Virus record (IMG/VR): IMGVR_UViG_3300022407_006250
Location: 1 to 64,000 of that record
Direction: 5' to 3' (one strand)
Length of the DNA stretch: 64,000 nucleotides
Source of the DNA: a virus
Part shown: positions 40,823-49,987 of the stretch, piece after piece
Position numbering within the stretch: position 1 is the first letter of the stretch
How the letters are laid out: each line of letters begins with the position of its first letter
Notes under the pieces: model-generated
What the model was told of the DNA's origin: nothing
The model's database searches: none
The model's input: only the letters and a program-made list of their open reading frames with translations
Program-made: the position numbers and the translations under genes

Positions 40823-41012
40823 AGGAGCTGCATTTATATATAATTTTAGTAAGAGTATTTTTAAATACTCTTATTATTATAACTTTACTTAACTCAATAA
40901 AAATTTAAAAAATTGTCCAGGAAAATATCAATATTCTGTACGTTTTTTATTTTTTATGATAAGTAATGTAGGTAGATAATATTTAACCAAACCTTAACAA
41001 ACGGAGATTACA

Positions 41013-41342
41013 ATGGCAAAATCATCAAAGAAGGCTGCTTCAGCAGTTGAAGAAACTCAAGTACCTGCACAAGCAGAAACCGAGACCACACAAGAACCAG
41101 TTCAGCTAACTATCGCTGATCTACAACTTTTGGCTCGTATTGTTGATCTAGCATCACGTCGCGGTGCTTTCCAGGCTGCTGAACTTTCACAAGTTGGCGA
41201 ATCATTCAACAAGCTATCAAGCTTCTTGAACTATGTCGAAAGTGTTCAGAAAAAGGAAGCCGAAGCAGCTGGTGAAACAGCAGCTGAAGCTGAAGCTGAA
41301 GTTGAAACAGAGACAGAAGCTGCTGAAGCTACAGCAGAGTGA
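41013..41342 (+). CDS. small acidic hypothetical protein
   Basis: LTIADL......D.AS.RGAF.A.E; GGAG RBS; highly biased codons. Confidence 0.75.
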   Translation: MAKSSKKAASAVEETQVPAQAETETTQEPVQLTIADLQLLARIVDLASRRGAFQAAELSQVGESFNKLSSFLNYVESVQKKEAEAAGETAAEAEAEVETETEAAEATAE

Positions 41343-41381
41343 GCAAGAAAAAGGGCGAAAGCCCTTTAAGGAGAATAATTT

Positions 41382-42134
41382 ATGGCTATTGAAAATTTAA
41401 AAAAACATTCAGGACAACTTGCAAATACAGGAGTTCGCGTCGCTGTAGTTTTTAGAAAACTTCCAAATGACGAAACAAACTGCTTAATAGTTGAAACGGA
41501 AAGACTTCCCGATAGTTATCATGACTACATAATTCAGTGTCTCAACAGCAAAGAATCGGCCGAAACTAATGATTTCTACGAGGTTTTAAATCGCAGAACA
41601 TTTCCGGATGGTTCAAATTGCTTGACATCATTGCATCAACGTGGATTTTTAAGAAAGGAACCTGTTACTAACATAGTGATGCTTCCGCTACCGGGGCAGG
41701 CAGTTCCTCTTGCACTTATCAATGCAACAATTGATAAGAAAGTTGATCAATATGTTGCCCAACAAAATGCAGCAAAAACTGCACTAGAGAACACAGAAGT
41801 TCCAGCAGTTCCTGCTATTAGTGTAACAACTGATGATCCAGTGGCAGTTGCAAAAGGGCTTATCTTGCAAGCCGAGTTGCTAGAACAAGATGCTCTTGCC
41901 AAGAGAGAAGAAGCGTATGGCTTGGCTCCCGATCTAAGGCCCGGAAGAGGCCGTCCGTCTTTACCCGAAGATCTCAAGAACGAAAAACTTGAAGAGCGAA
42001 AGATAAAACGGCGAGAAAGAGATCAGAAAAAAGCAGCCGAATCTAAGATTGCAGCAAAAACAGCAGCATTAGATTCTAAAGTTGCAGCAAAGATAGAGCG
42101 TGATCGAACCCGATTAGAAGAATCTGTTAAATAA
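41382..42134 (+). CDS. hypothetical phage protein
   Basis: AAGGAG RBS, 250 aa, basic C-terminus with GRGRP. Confidence 0.75.
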   Translation: MAIENLKKHSGQLANTGVRVAVVFRKLPNDETNCLIVETERLPDSYHDYIIQCLNSKESAETNDFYEVLNRRTFPDGSNCLTSLHQRGFLRKEPVTNIVMLPLPGQAVPLALINATIDKKVDQYVAQQNAAKTALENTEVPAVPAISVTTDDPVAVAKGLILQAELLEQDALAKREEAYGLAPDLRPGRGRPSLPEDLKNEKLEERKIKRRERDQKKAAESKIAAKTAALDSKVAAKIERDRTRLEESVK

Positions 42135-42147
42135 TAGTATTTTTCAT

Positions 42148-42173
42148 AAAATAGCCCTTCGGGGCTATTTTTT
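42148..42173 (+). terminator. intrinsic terminator
   Basis: aaaatagccc-ttcg-gggctatttt. Confidence 0.8.
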
Positions 42174-42260
42174 AATTGATTAGAGCTTTTGCCCCTGTTA
42201 GTAAAGGGTTAGAATAGTATGAGGTTTGCCGATAAATAATACGTAGTTGGAGATACTCAT

Positions 42261-42593
42261 ATGACAAGAAAAATTACAAGTTTCAATCTTGATAAGTCTG
42301 TTGGTAAACTTGCCAAAACATCAGTTTTTGATCAAATTGTAAAAGAAATTGATGCGACAGAAATACCAGCCAAGTATGTGGAGCAGATACTTGTTCAGTA
42401 TCATGACGGAAATATTGTTGAACTAAACAAAGCAGAAATATCCCAACCCATTCCCCTAAACAAGGATGCATCCTGGGAATCAATGGAAGACGAATTTAAA
42501 AAAATGAAAGATGTAAAAGTCTTTATTAATATTGATGATTTAGAAAAAGATATCAATGTATTGGTAGAAAATATTTTAGGAAATCATTGCTAA
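42261..42593 (+). CDS. hypothetical protein
   Basis: GATAAATA promoter, GGAG RBS. Confidence 0.7.
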   Translation: MTRKITSFNLDKSVGKLAKTSVFDQIVKEIDATEIPAKYVEQILVQYHDGNIVELNKAEISQPIPLNKDASWESMEDEFKKMKDVKVFINIDDLEKDINVLVENILGNHC

Positions 42594-42626
42594 TAAGAGT
42601 CAGCAGACTTTGACGATAAATAGTTG

Positions 42627-43022
42627 ATGCCATTACCAACTGTTACCATTGCATCTATCACAAGCCTGCCTTCAGGTCCTTATAACGGATCAAACATAGT
42701 GGGTGTTATTATAACCAGCGGTGTTCCAAGTTATTTTAAAATTCAAGGATCAAATCTAGATAGAATCGTATCGGTTAATTGGTATCCGCGCAATGCAGCA
42801 AGTGTGTTACAAGAATCTAGAAATATCATATTAGTTGATAATACTATAGGAACCTTCATGATTAGAGTCCTAGACAACTATCTAGATATAAATGATCGTG
42901 GCGGGCATATTAGTTTTAGGCTGGATGATGGCACAACATTACAGGCTCCGGTAAAAACATATGGGCCAATTTCACTCATGCCATTATGGGCTGCACCAAG
43001 CGCGGGATTAAATACCGGCTAA
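42627..43022 (+). CDS. hypothetical beta-rich protein
   Basis: ATG 4 nt after ATAAATA. Confidence 0.6.
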   Translation: MPLPTVTIASITSLPSGPYNGSNIVGVIITSGVPSYFKIQGSNLDRIVSVNWYPRNAASVLQESRNIILVDNTIGTFMIRVLDNYLDINDRGGHISFRLDDGTTLQAPVKTYGPISLMPLWAAPSAGLNTG

Positions 43023-43042
43023 ACTTAACCAAGCACGTTAAT

Positions 43043-43807
43043 ATGAAAAAACTATTGATTGGTATATTTATATCAATACTGTGCTCAACTGCGCACAGTT
43101 ATAACACACCTGCACCTAAATATTCATTTAGTGCAAAAAGCTATTTGATAGCTGATATGGATGGACAAATTTTAAAAGAGCAACAAAGCGAAGTTGTTCG
43201 CCCTGTTGCTTCAATAAGTAAATTGATGATTGCATTGATTTCAGTTGACCACGATCTAGAAGAACAACTGCCTATAACCAAACCCAGAAAGGTACAAAGT
43301 AGTATCCCGCCCAGCGTCAAGTATCTTACCAGACGAGAATTATTGACACTTGCACTTGTTAAATCGGATAATCTAGCTGCTCAAACTTTATGTGACAATT
43401 TGGTAAATTGTGTAGATATCATGAATAGCACAGCACAGGGCCTGGGTATGGAAAATACCTACTATGCAGAGCCCACGGGGCTTGATCGTGAAAATGTCAG
43501 TACCGCACAAGATTTACTGAAGTTGTTGATGGCAGCTTCTACCAATGAAACTATTAAAGAAATATCCAGCATGAGTTCCGCCAAAATTTACACTGATAAA
43601 AAAGTAATTAAAATAAACAACACCAACCCACTTACATCAAGGTTTGATGTGACATTATCTAAAACAGGATTCACAGTCCCTGCAGGAGGTTGTTTGGTCA
43701 TGATTATAAATTCTCAAGTTGGACAAAGAATACTTATACTGCTTGGTAGTAAAAATGCTCGTACTCGTATACCCGATATGATAACACTGGTCAAGGGAAT
43801 TCAATAA
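43043..43807 (+). CDS. secreted D-Ala-D-Ala carboxy/endopeptidase (peptidase S11, PBP7-like)
   Basis: signal peptide; SxxK (ASISKL), SxN (SDN), EPTGL...NVSTA.DL, KTG.T..AG.CL. Confidence 0.88.
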   Translation: MKKLLIGIFISILCSTAHSYNTPAPKYSFSAKSYLIADMDGQILKEQQSEVVRPVASISKLMIALISVDHDLEEQLPITKPRKVQSSIPPSVKYLTRRELLTLALVKSDNLAAQTLCDNLVNCVDIMNSTAQGLGMENTYYAEPTGLDRENVSTAQDLLKLLMAASTNETIKEISSMSSAKIYTDKKVIKINNTNPLTSRFDVTLSKTGFTVPAGGCLVMIINSQVGQRILILLGSKNARTRIPDMITLVKGIQ

Positions 43808-43866
43808 ATCACTTGCTATTTTAATATAATTGTAGTACACTAACTGTACATCAGTACATTAACAGC

Positions 43867-44079
43867 ATGATTTCACTAATTTACACCGTTAATCCGGAAC
43901 AAAAAGATAGCGAACTGGAATGGCTTCGAGATCAAAAAATTTATCCGGGCATTGAAGAATTTTATAGTTATCAAGATAACAAGATGCGCGTTAGATTTGG
44001 AGTGATTGTTTCACCCGAAGCCGCACTTTCAATTAAACTAAGGCATAGGCTAGATTTGCAAATGGAGTACAGCAAATGA
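43867..44079 (+). CDS. small protein, ...EAAL.IKLR family
   Basis: first of four coupled small ORFs. Confidence 0.65.
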   Translation: MISLIYTVNPEQKDSELEWLRDQKIYPGIEEFYSYQDNKMRVRFGVIVSPEAALSIKLRHRLDLQMEYSK

Positions 44080-44306
44080 AAATGATGTCTATAAAGGCCA
44101 ATATAGAAGATGTAGATAACATCAGGAAATTGTTGGCTGAACACAATGCGTCTGTTTTTCGAGTAATTGAACTCAGCGAAGGTACACCAGATATGGGAAT
44201 TCAGGTTGTTCAGTGTCAAATACTTTTTCATATCATGAGTGACGATGCTGAAACTTTTCTCAAATTAAAATTTCCCGCAAATACATTTCAATCTGTTAGT
44301 GCATGA
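44076..44306 (+). CDS. small protein, ...DDAETFLKLKF family
   Basis: ATGA overlap with previous gene. Confidence 0.65.
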   Translation: MKMMSIKANIEDVDNIRKLLAEHNASVFRVIELSEGTPDMGIQVVQCQILFHIMSDDAETFLKLKFPANTFQSVSA

Positions 44307-44309
44307 TAT

Positions 44310-44558
44310 ATGATGACTGCTACCAGATATTACGTCAGTGTACGAACCGACCTGCTTAAAGAATTTGAGAATTATCTTATTCAAAATAAATATGAGTTTA
44401 GTTTATTATCCACAAATTTTACACCTAAAAGCACAGTTTTAATGTATGCTATAGATATGGATGATCAAGATGCAGTTAGATTAAAACTGACGTTTGATAT
44501 AACAGGTATACTGGATGAAAAAATTCTATTTCCCAAAGTAAATAAAGGCAATATATGA
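44310..44558 (+). CDS. small protein, ...DQDAVRLKLTF family
   Basis: coupled ORF. Confidence 0.65.
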   Translation: MMTATRYYVSVRTDLLKEFENYLIQNKYEFSLLSTNFTPKSTVLMYAIDMDDQDAVRLKLTFDITGILDEKILFPKVNKGNI

Positions 44559-44863
44559 CAAAATACACACTTACATTTGACTATAAAGAAGAAAATAAAT
44601 TTCGACAAGTTCTCAGTAGACTTGATACTGCCGAATACGTCATACTTGAAGATGTAAAGTCCGTTGATGAATCAAGTAGGTATTCCGATAAACAGGTCAT
44701 AATGGAAATTGATCCCGAAGCTTGCTTGACATTTCGCATGGGCATGAGTAAAGTTATGATTCGTCGTGAAAAAACTGAACAAGAACTTGCAGCTGAAAAA
44801 GAGCGAGACGAGCGTCATAAAATTCACATCAATGTGACCGTTCCCAAAGACGATTTGGAATAA
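44555..44863 (+). CDS. small protein, ...PEACLTFRM family
   Basis: ATGA overlap with previous gene. Confidence 0.65.
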   Translation: MTKYTLTFDYKEENKFRQVLSRLDTAEYVILEDVKSVDESSRYSDKQVIMEIDPEACLTFRMGMSKVMIRREKTEQELAAEKERDERHKIHINVTVPKDDLE

Positions 44864-44896
44864 ATACATATGTAAAGATTCATTCAGGATGGCGCA

Positions 44897-45361
44897 GTGA
44901 GATTATCGATATTTTTAATTTTTTTATTATTGGTAACATTTTCAGCATTAACACTATGCAGTGAACCTAAAAAAGTATTGAAGGAATTTAAGTGGGTACC
45001 ACTGACCCAACTTGATACTGCCTCTGAAAAATTATATTACGATCGTAATAATAATATTTCTTTATTATCTACTGATACCAAAGTATACAATCTCGGACTT
45101 ATACTAACTGCTTCTAAAAATCCATTTCCTGTAGAAACCGAAACTGGTCCAATGATGGCTCGAAGTTTGGTTACATATGTGATAATAGAGTGTAATTCGG
45201 GTAATTTGGTAATGGGTTATAGAATGTTTTACGATGTTGCTATGCCGCCCTCTATAGGAAGACCCCTTTCTATAAAGAAGTACCCATCACTTGAAGACAG
45301 CACAACACTTGTTGACAAGTCATCCGTGTTGTATGATTCCTTGTGTCCAAAAACCATCTGA
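44897..45361 (+). CDS. secreted/surface protein (adhesin-E-like pattern)
   Basis: signal peptide; W..L......YYD...I, I.C, terminal LC. Confidence 0.55.
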   Translation: MRLSIFLIFLLLVTFSALTLCSEPKKVLKEFKWVPLTQLDTASEKLYYDRNNNISLLSTDTKVYNLGLILTASKNPFPVETETGPMMARSLVTYVIIECNSGNLVMGYRMFYDVAMPPSIGRPLSIKKYPSLEDSTTLVDKSSVLYDSLCPKTI

Positions 45362-45506
45362 AAAAAGCAATTTAAAAAGTCAATTTAAAATTTTTATCTT
45401 GGATTTTTAAATAAGAATAAAATTCTTAAATAGAAAAGTAACATTCAATTCCTATTGACAACAGCACTGCATTCAGTTAAAATCTAATCATTGTAATAAA
45501 ATCAAG

Positions 45507-46016
45507 ATGAAAACTCTCAAGGACTATATCAACATGCTTACTAATATCATAGATCAGGTAGATGAACCGTACAGTTATATCGACGAAGATTGGTTCAAAA
45601 TTGACGGGTTTGAAACCTTCAAGCTGGGTGCCGTTGAGCACTACGAAAAAGCCACACAGGCAGGCAGCATAGACACACTGGAAAGTAATGGCAAGCCACA
45701 ACAGTATGAAGCGGGCTGGTATATCGTGACTGGGCCTGCTGGTGAAAAATACAGCATGCCTCCCGAAACTTTTGCCTCACTCAAAGACGATAATGGTGAC
45801 GGTACTTGCACACCAAAGAAAATTATCAAAACAGCCAAACTGGCAGATCATAACGGCGTGGTCAATACCAGTTGGGGTGATGCCTTGTATTATACAGCAC
45901 AAAATGATTTTATTGTTCGACATGGTGCAAAAGACTATGGTGTTGTTAAGGCACACATTTTCCGTCAAACATATGATACATCAAATTTGGTTGACAACAT
46001 AAAGCCTGCACCTTGA
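45507..46016 (+). CDS. PGDYG-like duplicated-domain protein
   Basis: two copies of I.T..G......G(D/W)(Y/F)IV.G..G..Y......F. Confidence 0.6.
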   Translation: MKTLKDYINMLTNIIDQVDEPYSYIDEDWFKIDGFETFKLGAVEHYEKATQAGSIDTLESNGKPQQYEAGWYIVTGPAGEKYSMPPETFASLKDDNGDGTCTPKKIIKTAKLADHNGVVNTSWGDALYYTAQNDFIVRHGAKDYGVVKAHIFRQTYDTSNLVDNIKPAP

Positions 46017-46045
46017 AATCCTTTTAACCCGAGAAATCCTTTAAA

Positions 46046-46429
46046 ATGAAACAAGTATTTAAAACCCAAGAAGAAACTGAAAAGTTTGTTAATTCTTTGT
46101 TTGCTGAAGACAAGTATGTTGTTGACATTTACGAGTTGCCAGCCAGTAAGGGTTATGAAGTCCAGTGGATCGAAAAGAAAACCTATATGTCCTATAACGG
46201 TGATGTATTTCCCGACGAAGTATGGGTCACTGAATCGGGCGATATGAAATTCATTCAAGACCTCGAAACCGAACATGCCAAAAATATCATTCGTATGATA
46301 ATCAGGGAGCAGCGAAAAGAGCAATTGCTCATGCAGCGACTATCTGAAAAAATTGAGGAAGTAATGAACGAGGAACCAAAATCCGACGAGCATAACATCT
46401 CGGTTGCTACGCCCTATACATTGCACTAA
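46046..46429 (+). CDS. hypothetical protein
   Basis: W.T..G....I.DL...H..NII.M. Confidence 0.65.
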   Translation: MKQVFKTQEETEKFVNSLFAEDKYVVDIYELPASKGYEVQWIEKKTYMSYNGDVFPDEVWVTESGDMKFIQDLETEHAKNIIRMIIREQRKEQLLMQRLSEKIEEVMNEEPKSDEHNISVATPYTLH

Positions 46430-46788
46430 ACTTAAAATACAGCGAGATTTATCACAGTCTTGCTGAATTTGTGTGTCAGTGCCGCAGATAATCAAAATAA
46501 CGAAGAAATGCACTTTTTTCCTCTTTGTAATCAACAGGTTACAACACCATTTCTTGAAATTTCACCAAACCCAATACCAAACAACATCAACTGTGTTTTG
46601 GCAAAATTAATCAAGTTAATCTTCCAATTGACTTCATTTGTACTTTTTGCTATACTGTAGTTGTTAAGGAGATGTACATGCGGATGCTTAAAAAAGTTAT
46701 TTTTAGCCTACTTGTAAACACGGCAAATGCCTGGCAATGGTCAGCATACATTTATATTCCAATTTGCACCAGTAACTAACAGAATTTT

Positions 46789-46865
46789 GCGGCCTTAGCT
46801 CAGCTGGATAGAGCAAGCGGCTTCTACCCGCTAGGCCGGGGGTTCGAATCCCTCAGGCCGCACCA
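46789..46865 (+). tRNA. tRNA-Arg(TCT)
   Basis: canonical cloverleaf: GCGGCCT/AGGCCGC acceptor, AGCGG-CTTCTAC-CCGCT anticodon arm, TTCGAAT T-loop, encoded CCA. Confidence 0.95.
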
Positions 46866-46888
46866 ATTAACCTAAATGAAAGATTAAA

Positions 46889-47116
46889 ATGATTCTTCAA
46901 CATTCGGCCACTACTGATTTTGATCCATCAAACAAAGAGCATAGACAAGCAGTAAAAGATTTCCTAAAGCGCAAGGCTTGGGCAGATGCCAAATTTCGAT
47001 TTACACACGATCCTGTCTATGGTAGTGTTGCCAGTCAAGTACAAGGCAAATTGCTGGATTGGTATCTCGAGCAAGAAGATGCTCGTACCAAGCGAGTTCA
47101 AGTAGTTAAAAATTAA
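46889..47116 (+). CDS. hypothetical protein
   Basis: FDPSNKEHR...W motif. Confidence 0.65.
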   Translation: MILQHSATTDFDPSNKEHRQAVKDFLKRKAWADAKFRFTHDPVYGSVASQVQGKLLDWYLEQEDARTKRVQVVKN

Positions 47117-47131
47117 AATATTGGAGTAATC

Positions 47132-47470
47132 ATGTTCAATTTGTTTAAAAAGCAACCCACTGTCGATACGCTCGAGCTGTTTCGGCAGCTGAACGACTCA
47201 CCCGAATCTGAAACTAATACCTATAATAAGCTGTCTAAGAATCCTGCTTATCCTACTTACGCAGCGGGTGTACCTGTACCGGAAGCTGAAAACAATGATG
47301 CTGTTTACACAGTCGGTGTCAACCAAGCAGGTGAGACTCAGCTGAGAATTAACAACAACGGATCTGCCAGCATGACACTCACAATGAGTCCTCAATCAGT
47401 TGCCATGTTGATCAAGCAATTGGCTGTCACCATCGAAGATGAATATGATGTTGATGTTGACAAGATTTAA
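47132..47470 (+). CDS. hypothetical protein
   Basis: GGAG RBS; YTVG....G.T.L......TLTM....V..LI.QL. Confidence 0.7.
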   Translation: MFNLFKKQPTVDTLELFRQLNDSPESETNTYNKLSKNPAYPTYAAGVPVPEAENNDAVYTVGVNQAGETQLRINNNGSASMTLTMSPQSVAMLIKQLAVTIEDEYDVDVDKI

Positions 47471-47546
47471 ATAAAACAATTGACTACATACAAAGTATAC
47501 AGTGTATTACATGCATAGGTTAGAAAGATTTAGTTTTAAAATTATC

Positions 47547-47626
47547 GGCTCTGAAGCTTAAGGCCTTGTATAAGCACACGACTCATAATCGTAAGATAGC
47601 GGGGACGATGCCCGCGGGAGCCACCA
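47547..47626 (+). tRNA. non-canonical tRNA-Ile2(CAT, lysidine-type)
   Basis: GGCTCT/GGAGCC acceptor, ACGA-CTCATAA-TCGT anticodon arm as in bacterial Ile2, GCGGG/CCCGC T-stem with aberrant GACGATG loop, ACCA end; adjacent to tilS. Confidence 0.75.
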
Positions 47627-47632
47627 GTACCC

Positions 47633-47664
47633 TGCTCGACTACTAAAAAGTAGTCGAGCATTTT
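47633..47664 (+). terminator. hairpin/terminator after tRNA-Ile2
   Basis: perfect 12-bp stem tgctcgactact-aaaa-agtagtcgagca plus tttt. Confidence 0.7.
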
Positions 47665-47702
47665 GGTTAACAGATAACTTACTTTAAAAGATAATCCTCA
47701 TC

Positions 47703-48305
47703 ATGCAAGTACTAAAAACCTTACACGATCATGTGGCAGTAGCAGTATCGGGCGGAGTCGATAGTTTAGTGCTGTTGCATTGGTTAAGCCAGCGAAGACA
47801 AGTCACAGCCGTGCACTACCAGCATGATAGTGATTTTGCAGAACAAGAGTACGTGTTTGTGGCTGAGTTTTGCCAAATTCGCGGCATCAACCTAATTACA
47901 CAAACTCAACGACCCACACCACGACCGGGTCTTAGTCAGGAAGAATACTGGCGGCGTGGCCGCTATGAGTTTTTTAAAAGTGTTTCTCTGCCGGTATGCA
48001 CTGGTCACACACTGGATGATGCAGTAGAGTGGTATTTGTTTTCTGCTCTTAACGGGCAGGGGCATTACATGGAATATAGCCATGCTAATGTGGTTAGACC
48101 ATTTCTTATCACAAGAAAATCCAAACTAGTCGAATACGCCATTTCTAATCATGTTGAATGGTTAGAAGATACTTCAAACAGCAATGTTGATTTTGCTGTG
48201 AGAAATCGTATTAGGCATGAAATCATGCCAGCCGCACTCAAGGTCAATCCAGGCTTGTATAACATGGTTAGAAAACGAATTGTTAAAAAGGTAAACAGTG
48301 TTTAA
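47703..48305 (+). CDS. tilS: minimal tRNA(Ile)-lysidine synthetase
   Basis: AVSGGVDS PP-loop, R..RY.F, TGH..DD..E, RPFL, W.ED.SN, RNRIRH. Confidence 0.85.
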   Translation: MQVLKTLHDHVAVAVSGGVDSLVLLHWLSQRRQVTAVHYQHDSDFAEQEYVFVAEFCQIRGINLITQTQRPTPRPGLSQEEYWRRGRYEFFKSVSLPVCTGHTLDDAVEWYLFSALNGQGHYMEYSHANVVRPFLITRKSKLVEYAISNHVEWLEDTSNSNVDFAVRNRIRHEIMPAALKVNPGLYNMVRKRIVKKVNSV

Positions 48306-48365
48306 CATTAATCAACCCGCTATCCGCCGTTGACAACAAATAAAAATTTTGTTATAATATTAATT

Positions 48366-48566
48366 ATGGTAATTAACAAAGACCAAAATCTCTCCCAAGA
48401 AAGTTCACTTGTATTCAATCTTATCTGTGACAGGATTGAATCTTTGGTAGCCAGTGGGGTAACTGCGGAACGAACAAACGATATAGTTGTTGACTCCTTA
48501 ATGTTAGAATACTATTCAAACTATTATCTCAATATTGTCAAAACATCTATTAAAGAACCAAAGTAA
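48366..48566 (+). CDS. hypothetical protein
   Basis: ATG 7 nt after TTGACA-17-TATAAT (48330-48358). Confidence 0.5.
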   Translation: MVINKDQNLSQESSLVFNLICDRIESLVASGVTAERTNDIVVDSLMLEYYSNYYLNIVKTSIKEPK

Positions 48567-48587
48567 CTGTTATTGGTCAATGAGTAA

Positions 48588-48869
48588 ATGTATTACATAT
48601 TGTTGCACCCACTGCGAAAAGAAGATTTTGACTTCTTAAACTCAACCAGTATTGAACTCAATATCTGCAATACTTTTACAGCAGATGCCGATGATAGCGT
48701 AGCAGATAGTGGTTGGTGCAACACGGTACCTAGCGCACGCCGGATTGGCACAGATAATATGATAGTATTCATGCCGGCCAATGATGAGGAGCATACCTTG
48801 CTGTTGTTAAAATTTGGCGATAGATTGATTCCCAGCAATCTACGTAAAACAAATAAACTCACATCTTGA
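48588..48869 (+). CDS. small protein, ...EE..LLLLKF family
   Basis: C-terminal NDEEHTLLLLKFG. Confidence 0.55.
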   Translation: MYYILLHPLRKEDFDFLNSTSIELNICNTFTADADDSVADSGWCNTVPSARRIGTDNMIVFMPANDEEHTLLLLKFGDRLIPSNLRKTNKLTS

Positions 48870-48876
48870 GCGATCT

Positions 48877-49626
48877 ATGATTCCAAAAATTATACATCAG
48901 ACCTTTCCTACCAAACAAATTGCAGTTCCCGTTTTTGAAAACATTACACGATTAAAAAACTCGAACCCGGGATGGGAATATCGATTCTATGATGATGCAG
49001 CAATAGAAAAGTTTATTGCTGAAAACTACGACGCTACGGTTTTGTCTGCGTACAGCAGTATCAATCCACTCTACGGTGCTGCTAGGGCCGACTTGTTTAG
49101 GTACCTGCTGATGTACAAGGCGGGCGGTGTATACTTGGATATCAAAAGCACTTGCGAACAGCCGTTTGATAATTTTATACGTGATAGCGATGAATACATC
49201 CTATCACACTGGTCAAGTTTAAACTGTAAAAATGCATTACGTCACCCGTACTGGGGCGCAGGGCATCATCCAGATATTGATCACTTGATACATGGTGAAT
49301 TTGTACAGTGGATGATAATTGCCGCACCCGGGCATCCATTCCTAAAAGCCGTGATTGATCAGACATTAAAGAATATTGACGCTTATACATCAGCATCAGG
49401 GACAGGAAAGGTAGCAGTTTTAAAGCTGACTGGGCCAATCATGTATACATTAACAATTGAAAAATTATTGTCCACTGCACCATATCGAATGATTGAATCA
49501 TATGATGAGGGCATTCGATACAGCATCTTTGACAAAAAGGTATCCCGCGTGCACAAAGATCATTTGACCCTTTTTTCCAATCATTACTCAGTACAAACCG
49601 CACCCATCGTCTTGACAGCAACGTAA
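48877..49626 (+). CDS. GT32/OCH1-like glycosyltransferase
   Basis: IPKIIHQT, NP.WEY.FYDD, ADLFRY..MY..GGVYLD, PGHPFL, TGP. Confidence 0.88.
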   Translation: MIPKIIHQTFPTKQIAVPVFENITRLKNSNPGWEYRFYDDAAIEKFIAENYDATVLSAYSSINPLYGAARADLFRYLLMYKAGGVYLDIKSTCEQPFDNFIRDSDEYILSHWSSLNCKNALRHPYWGAGHHPDIDHLIHGEFVQWMIIAAPGHPFLKAVIDQTLKNIDAYTSASGTGKVAVLKLTGPIMYTLTIEKLLSTAPYRMIESYDEGIRYSIFDKKVSRVHKDHLTLFSNHYSVQTAPIVLTAT

Positions 49627-49640
49627 TTTTGTACTATAAT
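49612..49640 (+). promoter_or_regulatory. perfect sigma70 promoter
   Basis: TTGACA-17 nt-TATAAT. Confidence 0.88.
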
Positions 49641-49747
49641 TACCGTACCGTGTGAAGGTGCGCGAGTGCAGGCAATGCCAATAAGACCTGCCCCGTTTTT
49701 AATCCCGGGAGTGTTTTATGAAATACAATCCAAAACGGAGTTGACAA

Positions 49748-49987
49748 ATGAATCAACGAACCAAAAGACAAAAAATTAATGACCTCAGAAAAGAACTCAT
49801 GCAAAAATATGAGTATATGCGTTGTGCCAATTTGATAGAATTTAATCAACGGATAGTATGGCTTAGTGAAGGTATGTTAAAAAATCACATAAAAACAGGC
49901 GGTCATATAATTAATATGGACGAAATTGAACTGTATCAAGATTTTAAAGAAAAAGAAAAGAATATAAAAAACGGTGTTGATGTATGA
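49748..49987 (+). CDS. hypothetical protein
   Basis: GGAG RBS after a structured leader. Confidence 0.6.
   Translation: MNQRTKRQKINDLRKELMQKYEYMRCANLIEFNQRIVWLSEGMLKNHIKTGGHIINMDEIELYQDFKEKEKNIKNGVDV

Noticed and set aside
43844-43859. LexA (SOS) box
   Set aside because: CTGT-N8-ACAT is imperfect, with no convincing copies upstream of uvsE or other repair genes.
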